From Camelus dromedarius (Eukaryota): 64,000 nt of DNA. The notes under the pieces were generated by a model. That model did no database searches. It was not told the origin of the DNA and saw nothing but the letters and a program-made list of their open reading frames with translations. Of this stretch, positions 27,267-40,119 are shown one piece after another; position 1 is the first letter of the stretch, and every line of letters starts with the position of its first letter. A program made the position numbers and the translations under genes. The stretch covers positions 58,778,001 to 58,842,000 of the forward strand of contig NC_087436.1 of NCBI RefSeq assembly GCF_036321535.1. Reading direction: 5' to 3'.

Positions 27267-27326
27267 CCCTCTCCCTCTCCTTCTCCCTCTCCCTCTCCTT
27301 CTCCCTCTCCCTCTCCTTCTCCCTCT
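27267..27326. repeat. Hexamer repeat with 18-bp higher order (CCCTCT CCCTCT CCTTCT)x3.3, inside a longer pyrimidine tract
   Basis: Directly visible; 10 hexamers. Confidence 0.9.
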
Positions 27327-28229
27327 CTGTCCCTCTCTCTCTTTTCTGTCTCTCAGTGCTCTTTTTCTTATATTTTTTCAGGTCCAGCCTTCATTCTCAA
27401 AGACCTCTGCCCATTTCCTTTCAGGCCCTGGTACATTCACATCTCAGACTCATTGCATCTCACTGCTAGAACTAGGCCTACCCAAGAGTGTACATTGCAT
27501 TTTCATTGTCAGTGTAACTCCAGTGACTTGTATCAGTTAGTGAAGTCAGACGCTCTCTGGCTGGAAGTGCAGAAATCCCTTCAGATATAATATTCCCTGC
27601 AGTGTGTTTCTGTGGCAGTCTACTTTTCCTGAAGAACAACTCAATGTTTGCCTCCTTACCAGCTGGCCTCACCCCCACTCCCATAACCTGGTATTGCTCT
27701 AGAACAATGGTTGGTTTAAGAGCTATTACAAAGACCTCCAGGGTACTTATTTTAGAAAAAAAAAGACTTCAATGACATACTCATAAATCTGTTGTTTCAC
27801 TACACAGAATTCACAGAGTGGAGGGAAGACATCCTGAGGACTGACAGACAAACTTTAATATACTTGTGGGAGGAGTGATGTTTGGGAATAGGCTGGCACC
27901 TACTTTGCGTTCACACTTCGGTGAAGCTAATCCAAGGCTATGTGTCTGTATGCGTGATGGACTCGAAGATTCAGGGTGTCTGGTCCATTTCATTCTCAGG
28001 GTTCCACATGGTGGTGCTAGTATTTACGGGTCACTGCTCCTTGCATGGCTGTGACCTCTGTGGCAAATTTTCAGTCAAATTCAATCCTCCTGTACTCATA
28101 CCAGCCTGGCTTCAAATACAAATTAATGAACATGAGGCTGGTTTTGATTTTTTATTGTTGTTACTGCTGCTATTGTTGATTTTAGATATACAGAAATTTC
28201 CCTGGTTATAATGGAATAAGAATGCATTA

Positions 28230-28440
28230 GTATGTATTAATTGTGTGCTAATTCAAGCAATGTTTCAAGCATTTCATGCTGTTTGTCTTGTTCAACCTTC
28301 AAAACAACACTATGAGGCAGGTATTATTACCTGTATACATTAGGTATACGGAAAATAAAGTCTGGGAGGTTAAGAAAAGACGCCAATTTGCAGGAGTAGG
28401 ATTGGGACTTTGGTCAATCTGCTTCCATAGCTGTTTAGCT
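28230..28440 (-). mobile_element. MIR
   Basis: aacaacactatgaggcaggtattattacc...ggaaaataaagtctgggaggttaag...caatctgcttcca. Confidence 0.7.
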
Positions 28441-28618
28441 ACAGTTCCTGCCACTGTAGCAAACTATCACATCCTATGAATAAATACACAAGCATGCCCT
28501 AGCCTTCTAGAAAATTGAAATGCATCAGGTAAGTTAGGACTTTTGTTTAAAAGTGGTGGCCAACTTGAGATCTCAACTTCTGCTTAAGGTGCAAGATGGA
28601 GCTTAAGTGGATTAGAAG

Positions 28619-29092
28619 CAGTTGTGTGCTGGTAAATGTATTAGCTTTCTGGGAGTAGGAAAAAATATCAATGTATCAAGCCCTTGTTTGTAGTGTTTGC
28701 TGATTTCTGTGGTATAAATACCCTTACTGTGGCTGATTTCAAAGTACCAATCATACATGACTGATTAAAAGTTGGAAAGGGATTTGCGTAGCACACTACG
28801 TTATGTAGTATTTCTACTATACAGGTAGATTGATATTATTAAGTAACCTCAAAATAATAGTAAAATAGATAACAGTAAATAGTGAATAATAGGTACCACT
28901 AAAATATAGTAAAACAAATAGGAAATGATGAGTCTTGAGTATTTAGCTTTATGATTTTAACAGTTTATTTCACTGGAAGTTTATATAATTTAACTTTTAG
29001 TAGTGACTGTATTTAAACATTAGCTCAAAAAATTTTTGAAAATTTAACACTTGAGTCCCAGATGGATACAAGCCAGCTCCAGCACTTCACTG
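28619..29092 (-). mobile_element. hAT-Blackjack non-autonomous transposon (MER63B-like)
   Basis: Imperfect TIRs cagttgtgtgctgg...ccagcacttcactg. Internal tttgtagtgtttgctgatttctgtggtataaatac...ggctgatttcaa and ggaaatgatgagtcttgagtattta match MER63 as recalled. Confidence 0.8.
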
Positions 29093-29449
29093 AATAAAGG
29101 AAGGTTTCGTATTAATGCACAGAAGGTAATATAGGCATACCTTCCACAAGATATAACCACATTATGATGAGGCAATTAATTGAACAACATTGAAAATGTC
29201 CCTTGAGAAAATGGAACTAACTTATAGCCTCCTCTGACAGTTTCTTAGTCTCTTGTATATAAATATTTAGGTAGACTTATCATGGGTAGAGCACCAAGTA
29301 AAAATTATTCTTTCATTAAAACATCACAGGTCACCAGCATCCTTAAAGCAGCATTTCTCCTTTTTCCTCCAGTGCTCCATCCCTTCCGCAGAGCCCACCC
29401 CCCACCCTCATATTCTCTAACCCTTGGTCTCAAAAATTGCTAACTGAAA

Positions 29450-29622
29450 AGACAGTGGTTTGGAGGCAGGGAATATGAAGTTTCAGCTTGGCTTTTTCAA
29501 TAACTCAAAGTGAAACGCTAAGTAAAATGCATTCCCTGTAAGACTGGGTTTACTAGATTATTAAGTGATGCTATATACCAGGTGATCCCTAAGGTCCTTT
29601 CCAGACCTAACACGGTGTGATT
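29450..29622 (+). mobile_element. MIR3/MIRc-like, degenerate
   Basis: 3' motif accaggtgatccctaaggtcctttccagacctaacac...gtgatt. Confidence 0.55.
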
Positions 29623-30657
29623 AGTATCTCTCAGGATATTATTTGGCTGATCACTTTGACTTTTGCTCACTATCATAGAAGTTGAACACACGCCATCAAT
29701 CAGATGGACACTTACAGTTTGCTTTTTTCTCCCGTTGTTGCCTTCACAAGTAGATCAGATCAAACATTGAGGAATCCAATTTAATTTGTACTGCCCTAGA
29801 TGTATAGTCAGGCAAACTGAACATCATGATGCTACCTCCGTCAGTTCCTATACACTGTTTGTATTAATTCCTTTCCCGATTAGCGGTAAATACATCCCTG
29901 ATGGCCTGTGGAGGATTGGATTGAAATAAAGGTTTGAAAAATTCATCTGAATGACATTCAAGTTAAAAAGCATTTTCTTAAGCACAGGTGGTCACTAACA
30001 TTAATGAAATATAACATGCCACACCTGCTCATCTAATCTTAGCAAATATTATAGTAAATCCTTAGTAAATTCCACCAGCATTTAAGCAAACAAGAAGGAA
30101 ATTTGTTCCTTAAATCATATGACTGGATTTTGCCTTGAAATATCTCACTAGTTTTGAAAATATTCTTTCAAAAATTTAATTTCTTAGTTTATGTGATTCA
30201 AATAAGTCAATTTAAATAAAATTATTTTTTCAATAATGCGTTGAAGCTAGTCCCAGTAAGTACATTTAAAAATAGTCAAACAACACATGTAAAGGCAAAC
30301 AAAAAATTTTCTTTTACAAGAATGTACTACACTTTTGTTGTGGTTTATTTAAAGTGCTTGGAATGGAAATGAACTGGCTTATCTATTGCAACTCACTATG
30401 GAGAACTGCTCATTTGTAAAGCAGGATAATCTCAAAGCCCTTGAATATAGTTGTTTTAACATAGTCATAAAAGGCCAACCTAAGAAGAAAGACAGTTCCA
30501 ATATCTCTCTCTAAACCTTCGACCATATCATATTTACAAAGTAAAGACTGAAGTTGCCTAATTTTTCATTTCAACACTTCATTTAACTCAGTTAACCTAA
30601 TCTAATTTCTTACCTATTTTATCCATGACACTGGGCTAGGTGTTGTCAAGAGATATA

Positions 30658-30690
30658 AAACAAACAAACAAACAAACAAACAAACAAACA
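30658..30690. repeat. (AAAC)n microsatellite
   Basis: Directly visible. Confidence 0.9.
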
Positions 30691-30739
30691 CCTCTCCCTC
30701 AAAGAAATGATGACAAGACAAATACAGAGTTACTGGAAA

Positions 30740-30895
30740 AGTAGCTACTTGTTAGCTACATGACCTCAGAAGAGTTAATTAAACATTCTAAACTTTGATT
30801 TATCATCCATAAATGAGGATAACATTAATACTTAAATCATATTTTGATTGAGAATTATATGATAAATATATAAGAGGGATTGCTTGGAACATAGT
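30740..30895 (+). mobile_element. MIR
   Basis: tagctacatgacctca...tcatccataaatgaggataacattaatactt...gagaattatatgataaat. Confidence 0.6.
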
Positions 30896-32735
30896 GTTAT
30901 GTTATGATACACATGTTGTAAGAAGTTGTTGGTTTATGTTTGGGAATGATAATGAGCATAAATTTATATAAACCTAATGTCCTAGCAATATACAGAATTT
31001 CCTTTCTACCATGCTGCTTTCTCATTGAGTTTGCTGTTTTTAGCTCCTAAAATTTCAGGTGAGAAAACAGCAACTTCTTAAGTCCTCCTTTTTGGCCACA
31101 GTTGAGGTGGATACCTGGTCCACACTTGATTAACTCAATTCCTTCTCCCAGAAATTTGAAATTATAATAAAGAATTTCCAGTGACTTTGGCAGTGGAGCT
31201 AGACTGCATGGAGAACTGGAACTAGAGTCAGAGAGAAGCAGTCTGCAGGCAGAGAGATAGGAAACCACAGAGCATTACAAACCCAAGAGAGTAACCATGG
31301 TTTCTGAACTCACAGTTATTAATCCCAGACCTTAGTGAGACCCTGTTTTTATTCCTACCCTCTGTGTTCTTCCATATTTTAGGTTTGTGAAAATAATTTT
31401 GCCTATTTATACCTAAACATTTCCTATAATCTACAGTAAACAGTTGTACCGTGGCTTGGAGTTTAAAGGATGTAAAATTGTGGAACAGTGATTTCAGAGT
31501 GGCCGTTTTGGTTAGACAGATGGCCGTGTACACTTCCAGGAGATGATTCTCCCAAGATCAAGTGTGAGGAGCAGCCTCTGGAGAGGTGTACTGAAACAGC
31601 CAACATAAATGGCCTTGCTCCCCTACAGCTGAAAATCTTTGTCCACTGGAACTTACAACATTTTCTTTTGTTTCTTGGAGTAGGGGATTTGGAACACAGA
31701 AAGGATCAGATCATTATCAACAAGTATTTATTAATGCCTTAATATTTGTAGGGCATGGTGTTTGGCCCTGAGTGAAAAGTGGTGATAAGTATAGCTACTA
31801 ATAGAAGTATCTCGCCTCAAAATTACTTTGTGCACATTTTTAAAAAAGCAGTGATCCTGGAAAAATTGGGAATGAATGGGAAGAGTGACATGAAAATGAC
31901 TTTTAATGTTTGTAATGAAATTAAAGAAATACAAGATCTGATGAGTCATTACAGTGAAGAGCTCAAAGCATCCTGGGGATATTCCGATGCTATGAACTTG
32001 AGAGGAAGTGCCCAGTGACACTGGGAGAACAGACAGAGGGGCAGCACGTTTAGAATTCACTTATTTATAATTGTGCCTACAGCTTGTCCTTATTGGCAAT
32101 ATCTTCCTTCCTGAATCCTGCAGGAATGCTCATTTCAAAACATTCTATGCCAAAACATTTGACTTAATCTTTGCTTTTTAGCCCAATCTTCAGGACAGAT
32201 TGTGAATTATCATAAGCCTAAAAAGGTAACAAGAATACACAAGTACTCGTATTCCACAGAGAAATGTAGCTAGGGAAATAGGAAGACTTGTGTACAAGTC
32301 TAATCTCTTTTTATTGAATTCTGTGAGCAACTCAAATTCTTAGTGTTTTTAATCCATCAAAATAAAACCTACTGCTATAACGTAAGTAAGACTTTTATTT
32401 TAAAAAAAAACTTTTAAAGAAGGTAAACTATCTGCAAACAATAATTTGAAGAAGGGATAGAAAACTGAAGAAGAGAATGCAAGATATGGGAAATGAATAG
32501 TAGAATAACATTCAATACTCATAATTGTGCCTTCATTTGAGTAGCTGCAGCCATAGGGGGAAAGGTCAAATTCTATGGGAAACAGGGGCTCTGTGGTGCC
32601 CTTTTTGATTTTACATGACTCCAGATCCTGATGTGCCTTTATAGAACTGCAAAGAGGGATCTGTGCAGAGATGTAGTGAACATGATCAGGAGAGATCAGA
32701 ATTTCGTTTTGGTGGAAGGGAATATAAAAAATGGT

Positions 32736-32758
32736 AAAAAAAAAAAAAAAAAAAAAAA
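32736..32758 (+). repeat. Poly(A) tract, A23
   Basis: Directly visible. Confidence 0.95.
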
Positions 32759-33542
32759 GAAAAGGAAAGTGGTTAAAGAGATTGCCAGTTTATATTCCTT
32801 ATAAAGTCTATTTCTTTTTACAGCCATTCTTACTCTGCCCCAATGTCCACTTTAAGAGGACTGAGTAGATGAGGGTGACATACTTGCTCTTTGGATCAGT
32901 CTCCTACTGCAGCAGGTGAATGGTGGGCAAGGCAGGGAGCAGTGGAAGGAGGGTTAAGTACACCTTTAAGTCACAGGGATACTGTTTTCAGTCATTACAC
33001 TTTAAGATCACTCATAATCATTCCTAAACATTACCTTTCTGTAATATTTGTAAAGAGGAATATTTTAAAAATATTTAAAAGTATTGGTTTGTATGTACTA
33101 ATAACAGTATAATTAATTTGGGGGACGAATTGCTGTTTTTAGAAGAGAAGAGAAAAATGAAATGTGGTTTGCTTTGTAGTTTTTAAAAACTTGCAGTTGG
33201 GAGATTCTGGTCCCTGAGAACTGATGCAAGGCTGAAATGATTAATTAAAACTTGACTCTCACCTCCCACCCCACCCCCTATATCCTGAATCTCTGAGCAG
33301 CTTGAAGGAAGGTGTGTTTATTTTTATACCCTCTTACTTAGCACAATGCCTGGCACAGAGGTCATACACTTTATTTTATTTTTCTTGGATTGCAATTGAA
33401 AAGAATTAAATTTCTTGGCAGTTTTTCTTGTTATTGATGTAATAACTACCTCAGGATTTAGGCATCTAAGCAATTTCTTTTCACAGTATACTTCACTTTT
33501 ATGTCAGATACTTGCTACTCACTCATTTCTCTCCTTTGGCCC

Positions 33543-33955
33543 AGTATTAGTCAACTTTTGCTGTGTAACAAACCATCACAAAACTTAGTTATTTAAAATA
33601 GCAAGTATTATATTCACATAGTTCTGTGCATCGGTTGTGTGGTTCTTCTTGGCTAAGATGGTTCGAGTGGAACCTGCATTGGACAGGCAGCTTGATCTGA
33701 GGGTCTCAGCTGGTCTCCTTGCTCTAAGTCATCCCTTATCTTATAGTAGCCTAGCTGGACTTCTCCACATTGTGATCTCTGGTTTCCAAAAAGCAGGAGG
33801 AGAAAATAAGCTCTGATGCCCAAGAACTTATAAAGCCTTTGCTTGCATCACATTTTCTTGGCTAAAGCAAACTGTATGGCCAAGCTCAGATTTCATTGTC
33901 AGAGGAAAATACTCAAGAGTGTGGATACAGAGGCTGTAAACTAAGTGATTGCAAA
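33543..33955 (-). mobile_element. MaLR solo LTR (MLT1G/H-like)
   Basis: gtattagtcaacttttgctgtgtaacaaaccatcacaaaacttagt...ttggctaaagcaaa...atggccaagctcaga...agagtgtggatacag. Confidence 0.75.
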
Positions 33956-34289
33956 TCCTTGATCTCATACTTAAACATAGTCATACTTCAAAAGGTACTC
34001 AATAGACACTTTGAAAACCAGGCATCTGAACCACACACAGATTTTAGGCATATTTTCTGTTGTAATTAATGACCTCTCACTGAGAAATTAGTTTGCCTTC
34101 AAATTTCCATAGTGTTTTATATTCTAATCATAATTCTTTTGCTTTCCTCTGTTGACAGCTCTCTTCTTCTGCTCCAAGCTCTCTTTCCCATTTCTTTCAC
34201 TCTAATATCTTTAATATGTAATATTTTCATAGTAATTGCTAAATGGTTAGGAATATATGAATACATGTGCTGAAATGCTGATTTTAAGT

Positions 34290-34480
34290 CACATGGTGTA
34301 CTTGCTGGCCTCATCCGCTAGAATATTCTTCCCAGCACTTTTCTAGTACTTTTTCCTTCTCATTATTCGGATATCAATTCAAATGTCACCAATGCAGAGA
34401 GCCTCAAACCTAAAGCAGTTCTTGATCATGCCATTTCTATATTTTATCTTTGTTAAAGCGGTGTGTTACCTTAATTATTT
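34290..34480 (+). mobile_element. L2 fragment
   Basis: ctagaatattcttccc...ttctcattattcggatatcaattcaaatgtcacc...cagagagcct. Confidence 0.55.
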
Positions 34481-37400
34481 ATTAGGTATTTTTTATTTTT
34501 TATTTTATTTATATATTTTATTATTATTTATTATTATTGCTTCAAATGGTACACAATGGTAGCATCAAACCAGTTGATAAAATATGCAAATAATTCCATA
34601 TAGTTTGGTAAGTAGCCATTTCTCTGAAATCCCCAGCACCCCCAAGTCACCCAACCAGTCTTCTCTGGCAGCCAGTGGACATCCTGTCATCCAGAAACAA
34701 AAGGGTTAATTCTGACTTAGTGAGGGACTCTAAGACTGCTCCTGAACCATGGCTAATGTCTCCTCTGAATGACCTCAGTCTCTGCTGTAACAGCTGTTAG
34801 ATATTTGTAATGATCACTTCTTATATGATACTTCCATACCTGCCTCTGCCATTGAGCAGTTTGTTTCCTTGATTTATTATTAGAGACAAATGAATTATTT
34901 TTCTAAAACTCTGTGAACCAAGTCCTCTAGGCTTGGACCTTAGCAAGCTGAAAGAATAGATAGAGGGTAGTAAGGCATTTCTTTCTCAAGATAATACTCT
35001 ATTTTTTACCTCAAGGTCCTGTTTTCCTATGCCAGATATTACCTCTCCTATTTCTCTGTGTTAGTTCTGTAACAACTTCTAATCTCCCCACCCCTGACAG
35101 ATAAATATTTCAGAGTACTTGTAATAAAAAGGTCAAATGCTTAGTTAAAAAAAAAAAAAGATGGAGTAAGGGAGGGAGAAAGCAAAAGAGACAGAGAGAG
35201 AGAAAATCACAGATTTTCCTCCCAAATATTGCTGCTCTAAAAATGTTGACTAAATTGGGAACTGAACATTAATATGGCATCAGAAGGCACACTTTTAGTT
35301 GCAGAATTACAACCAAATTGAGAATAAGACACTTAAAGTATCACCATAAAAACCCTTGATGGGCAGAAGATAGATATGTATGCTACTATTGTATTAAGGC
35401 TAATTAAAATTTATAATGCATTTTCATCAATAAAATAGATTTATGGAATTTGATGTCAGACTAAATGGAAATAGTATCCACATCAGTGGATACCTATAAG
35501 CATCAAATGAGATACCACACTTAAAAATGATTTGCAAGTATCTGTGCAGACTACAAAAATAGTACTTATTACATCAAGGAGAGGAAGTGCCTCATCCATT
35601 CTGGTATCCCTCATGCATTCTAGGTACATAGTAAATTACTGGGGTTTTTAACTGAAGAGGTGAAGACTGAAACTACTTTAATTCTCCCATAGACTTCGTC
35701 CCCTTTCTTCACTCTAGACAATTTATACATCCCATATACTGCATCCACTTAATTTTTCATTTTTTCAGGAGTAACTGCCTTTTACAATAGCCAAAAGACC
35801 AAGTATCTATCTGGATATTTTTTTGTGACTTGAAAAATTATTGGATCTAATGTAGCAGACATTACATATGCTTTTATTAAAAATAAATACTGACCTTAAA
35901 TATTACCTCAAATACACACACACGCACACACACACACACCATAAAGGAAAGAGTTGCTTTCAAGGCATTGTGGGAAGGTTTCTGATTATGGTAATTGTGA
36001 ATGGCTCATGTGGGCAGTTCTTGATCAGACTAGACAAGGCTGCCTGCCTTTGGACTTCATCTTCCTGGTGTTAGCTCAGATTTCCCTGAACTCCTTAGTT
36101 AAGTAGTTACCTAAACCATACTTTATGAGAAAAATCCAAAGTGCTAAAGTCTCCAAGATACTCAGATTATTATCAGACTACATGGAATCTAATGAAGGGA
36201 AGTCTGGCAGTGAGGATCTGATACGAGCTGCTATATATTTTAAGCTCTCACACATTATTAACGGTTTTCAAAAGGAACCTGATACTGATCTCCATTGTCT
36301 TGAACATTAGAGAGGTGGCAATTTTGCTTTTAATAATTCCATACTTGTTGTATTTACCTCCAAAAATTAAGGGTATTTCCAAACTTAGAAATAGCATATG
36401 CCTTTGTTAATATAAGCCCTTTAACAATAATGTTATTATGCTTTACTTTTGTAACAATTCTAGAAGAGAAAATAGGTGTGTGAGAATGAGGTTTATAAAA
36501 AACAGTTTTGAGAGCAGCAATGACACAAGAGAAAAGGTTTATCTTTGGGGGCTTAATAAAGGAGGAAGAGTACAAGTGGAGTACTTGATCCCTAAATTGT
36601 TATGGGATGGCATTAAATCAGCTGGTGGCTTTGTAATAAAGGAGGAATAGCAATAGGGTCCTCAAAACTACTTTTGCCTGCTACGGAATTTTGCATTTGC
36701 CAGAACATTAAGGGTGATATTTTCAAAGAGTATTGCAGAATTCACTTCAGTTCAATGCAGTGGCTTATCCTTTTCCTATGGTACATCATACAGCAACTCA
36801 GTAAAACAACCACCTCCACCCAGAAGTAGTTGCATATTGTGACAGCAAGAAAACAACTCACTTTGCATTTAGAAGATCAGTATGACATTGCTGTGTTCTT
36901 GACCACTTTTCCCTTCTCCCTCTGAACTAACAGCTGTGGCCACATACTTGGCAGCTGGCAACCTCACCCCCCAGAAGCCAAGCTCTGAACCGATTTTTCT
37001 AGGAGCAGACTTGGGCTCTGTAATGGCTGCCTGCACACTCCCTCCTCACTAGCTGGTTCCTTGGCAAGTTCTTTGACTCATTTGATTTTTGGCAGAGCAA
37101 CTCTCCTGCTGACTATGAAGTCTCTGATTCTGTCAAATGCTTTAGCCAAGCTCAATGTTTATTTGACTGCCCCTTCCTATCATACCTAAAGATTTATGTT
37201 TTCCAAGATCTATGTTTAATGTCATACAGAGCTAAACAAAGAAGGGTTCTGCACAGTTGAGTCGTGTTGATATGAAGGATAAGAGCAATCCTTAGCCCTA
37301 GTGCTAAACCCTCATTGATTCTAGCCTCTTTCCACTGAAAGGTTTGTAACATAACGCTGTGACCATTTCTTGGCAGAGATTACTGTTCCCACCTTATGGA

Positions 37401-38299
37401 GTGGCAAGTTAGTAACAGTCTGAAAGCAAATGCTTGGCCCAGATACAAGGCTCTCTCTCTCTCTCTCGCTCTTATTGGTGAAAATCTGGTCCATTATTTC
37501 CCTTTAATTTCTCTCCTTTATGGGTAAGGTTGCTGAAAGGATTCTGGAAAAGTTTGCTTTAGGTGCTGATTGGAATTGGCCTTCTATCACTCATAGACCT
37601 GAGTTGTGATACAGTTAAAAGATGCAGCAGCATCTCATCTGATTCATTCCCCGTGATTCTACATGCATTTGAAAAATAACGTAAGTGGATATCTGGATGT
37701 AACAGGAATTTTGCAGGTGCAATTGGGAAGATTTTCATTACCTTGAGAAAGCCTCTTCTTTAAATAATTTAATCAATGCTTATCATCGTGCTACACAATA
37801 ATTCACTATGACCAAAAGAAGGAGAGGATATATATTTGAGATAACAGCTAGTAAATAATAGATCTGGCTTTACAGGCCAAGTGGATATGGACTTATTTCC
37901 TGCTTTGAGAAAATTAATTAAAGCAGAGAGCAGCAGTCCCCTTTCCAGTTTGAAACATGTGTACCAATGCTACTCAAAATTTCTTCTTCAAATATGGTTT
38001 GTTTTAACAGCATATTCAGCTAATTGTTTTAGCCTTCCCATTTAGTTTTACTATCAAATGGTCTGTTTTGAAGGAAAAACAACATAATTTTGTCACAAAT
38101 CAGTCTGTTCCTGAAATATTTATTAAGTGCTTATTATGTGTGATGCATATCAATAATAAATATTTTAGGAACAGAAGACCACAAAGATATTAAAGGCATC
38201 TTCATCGCCATTCAAGTCTACATTTTATTTTATTTTTTTAATTAAGAAAGAGACAGTTAAAAAAAGAAAGAGAATTTGCCCTTTTCCCACCTTTTTGTT

Positions 38300-39850
38300 C
38301 TACTTGGAAAACTAGTGGTTTTTTTTGGCAAGGTGACGTTTCATTTATTTATTTTTTGACCCCCTTCACTCACTTCTCCCATCTCCTCATCCCCCTGCCT
38401 CTGGCAACCACCAATCCATTCTCTGTATCCATGAGCTTGCTTTCTTTTTTTTAATTTTAATTAAAAAAAATTAGATTTCACATATGAGAAATATCACATG
38501 GTATTTGTCTTTGTCTGACTTATTTCACTTAGTATACTTGGCTTAAGCCCTGGAGATCCATATATGGCAAGATTGCATTCTGTTTTATGGCTGAATAATA
38601 TTCCATTGTGTGTGTGTGTGTGTGTGTGTGTATACACATACATATACACACACACATAATTTCTTTATTCATTTTGATTGATGGACACTTGGGTTTTTTC
38701 CATATGATGGTTATTGGAAATAATGCTTCAATGAACATGGAGGTTGCATAAATCTTTTGGGGCTAGTATTTTTGTTTTCTTTGGTTAAATACCTAGAAGT
38801 GGAATTGCTGGACCATATGGTATTTCCATTTTTAATTTTTTGAGGAGACTCCTTACTATTTTCCACTGTGGCTGCACTAATTAACATGCTTGCCAGCAGT
38901 ACACAAGGGTTCCCTTATCTCTACTTCCTCACCAACACTTGTTATCTCTTGTCTTTTGGTAACAGCAATTCTTACATATATCAGATGATACCTCACTGTG
39001 GTTTTGATTTGCATGAACCTGTTAGCCATCAGTGTGTCTTCTCTGGAAAATGTCTGTTCAGATCTTCTGCTCATTTTTAATTGGATTATTATATATTTTT
39101 TACAATTGAGCTTTATGAGTTCTTTATTTTACATATTAACCCCTGATCAGATATATAATTTGCAAATATTTTCTTCCATTCAGTAGGTTGCTTTAAAAGT
39201 TTTTATTTTTATTTTTTACATTTTAGTTGAAGTATGGTCTGTTTACATAGGCTGCCTTTTTATTTTGTTGATGGTTTCCTTTATTGTGCAGAAGATTTTC
39301 AGTTTGATGTAGCCTCATTTGTTTATTTTTGCTTTTGTTACCTTTGTTTTTGGTGTCAGATTAAAAAAATTATCACCAAGACCTATGTCATGGAGCTTAC
39401 TGCATATGTTTTCTTCTAGAAGTTTTATGGTCTCAGGTCTTATGTTCAAGTCTTTAATCCATTTTGATTTGATTTTGTGTATAGTGTAGGATAGTTTTCC
39501 CGTGTTACTCTTTTGCATGTAGCTTTTCAATTTTCCCAACTCCATTTATTAAAGAAACTGTCCTTTTCCCATGGTATATTCTTGGTTCCTCTTTCATAAA
39601 TTAATTGACCATATATGCATGGGTTTATTTCTGGGCTCTCTAATCTGTTCCATTAATCTCTGCATCTGTTTTTATGCCAATAGCATACTCTTTTAATTAC
39701 TATAGCTTTGTAATGTAATTTAAAATCAGGGAGCGTGATGCCTCCAGCTTTGTTTTTCTTTCTCAAAATCGTTTTGGCTATTTAGAGTCTTTTGCGTTTC
39801 CACACAAATATTTCTGTAAAAAATGCCATTGGAATTTTAACAGAGATTTC
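38300..39850 (-). mobile_element. L1 (L1MA9/laurasiatherian-type) ORF2 3' part and 3'UTR
   Basis: ccccctgcctctggcaaccaccaatcc...gtatttgtctttgtctgacttatttcacttag...atacctagaagtggaattgctgg...gatgcctccagctttgtt. The ORF track shows L1-like peptides (MQIKTTVRYHL, SKWIKDLNIRPETIKLLEENI). Confidence 0.92.
39195..39247 (-). mobile_element. Extremely 5'-truncated younger L1 insertion
   Basis: T-rich tail plus ttgaagtatggtctgtttaca, flanked by the imperfect direct repeat taggttgcttt (39184-39194) / taggctgcctt (39248-39258). Confidence 0.6.
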
Positions 39851-40077
39851 ATCAATTTACCTTAATATAAATTGAAATCTCCACTCTGCATATAATCTAA
39901 CTGTTAATATAGACTATAGTGGTTCATGCAATGGATTACAATTTTCCCATTTGAAGTTCTACAGGATTATTTTGATCTGTAGTAGTAAAAAATATGTCTA
40001 TTTGTATTTTGAAAAGAGGTTTTAGATTTAACAATAAAATATCCAGATGCAACTGGTTAATTTTTCAGTGACATAAA

Positions 40078-40119
40078 GACACACACACACACACACGCAC
40101 ATGCACACACACATATACA
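40078..40119. repeat. Imperfect (CA)n microsatellite
   Basis: Directly visible. Confidence 0.85.

Noticed and set aside
27189..27590. 133-aa ORF with an (SP)n tract
   Set aside because: The SP run is just the translated CCCTCT microsatellite; there is no true ATG start and no recognisable domain.
29711..29800. Minus-strand GTAAGT donor with an upstream AG as a coding exon
   Set aside because: Stops in all three frames and a poor pyrimidine tract.
38529..39545. ORFs with L1 ORF2-like peptides
   Set aside because: Short frameshifted fragments of a dead L1, not host genes. The same applies to ORFs in 11677-12256, 21352-22113 and 23755-25225.
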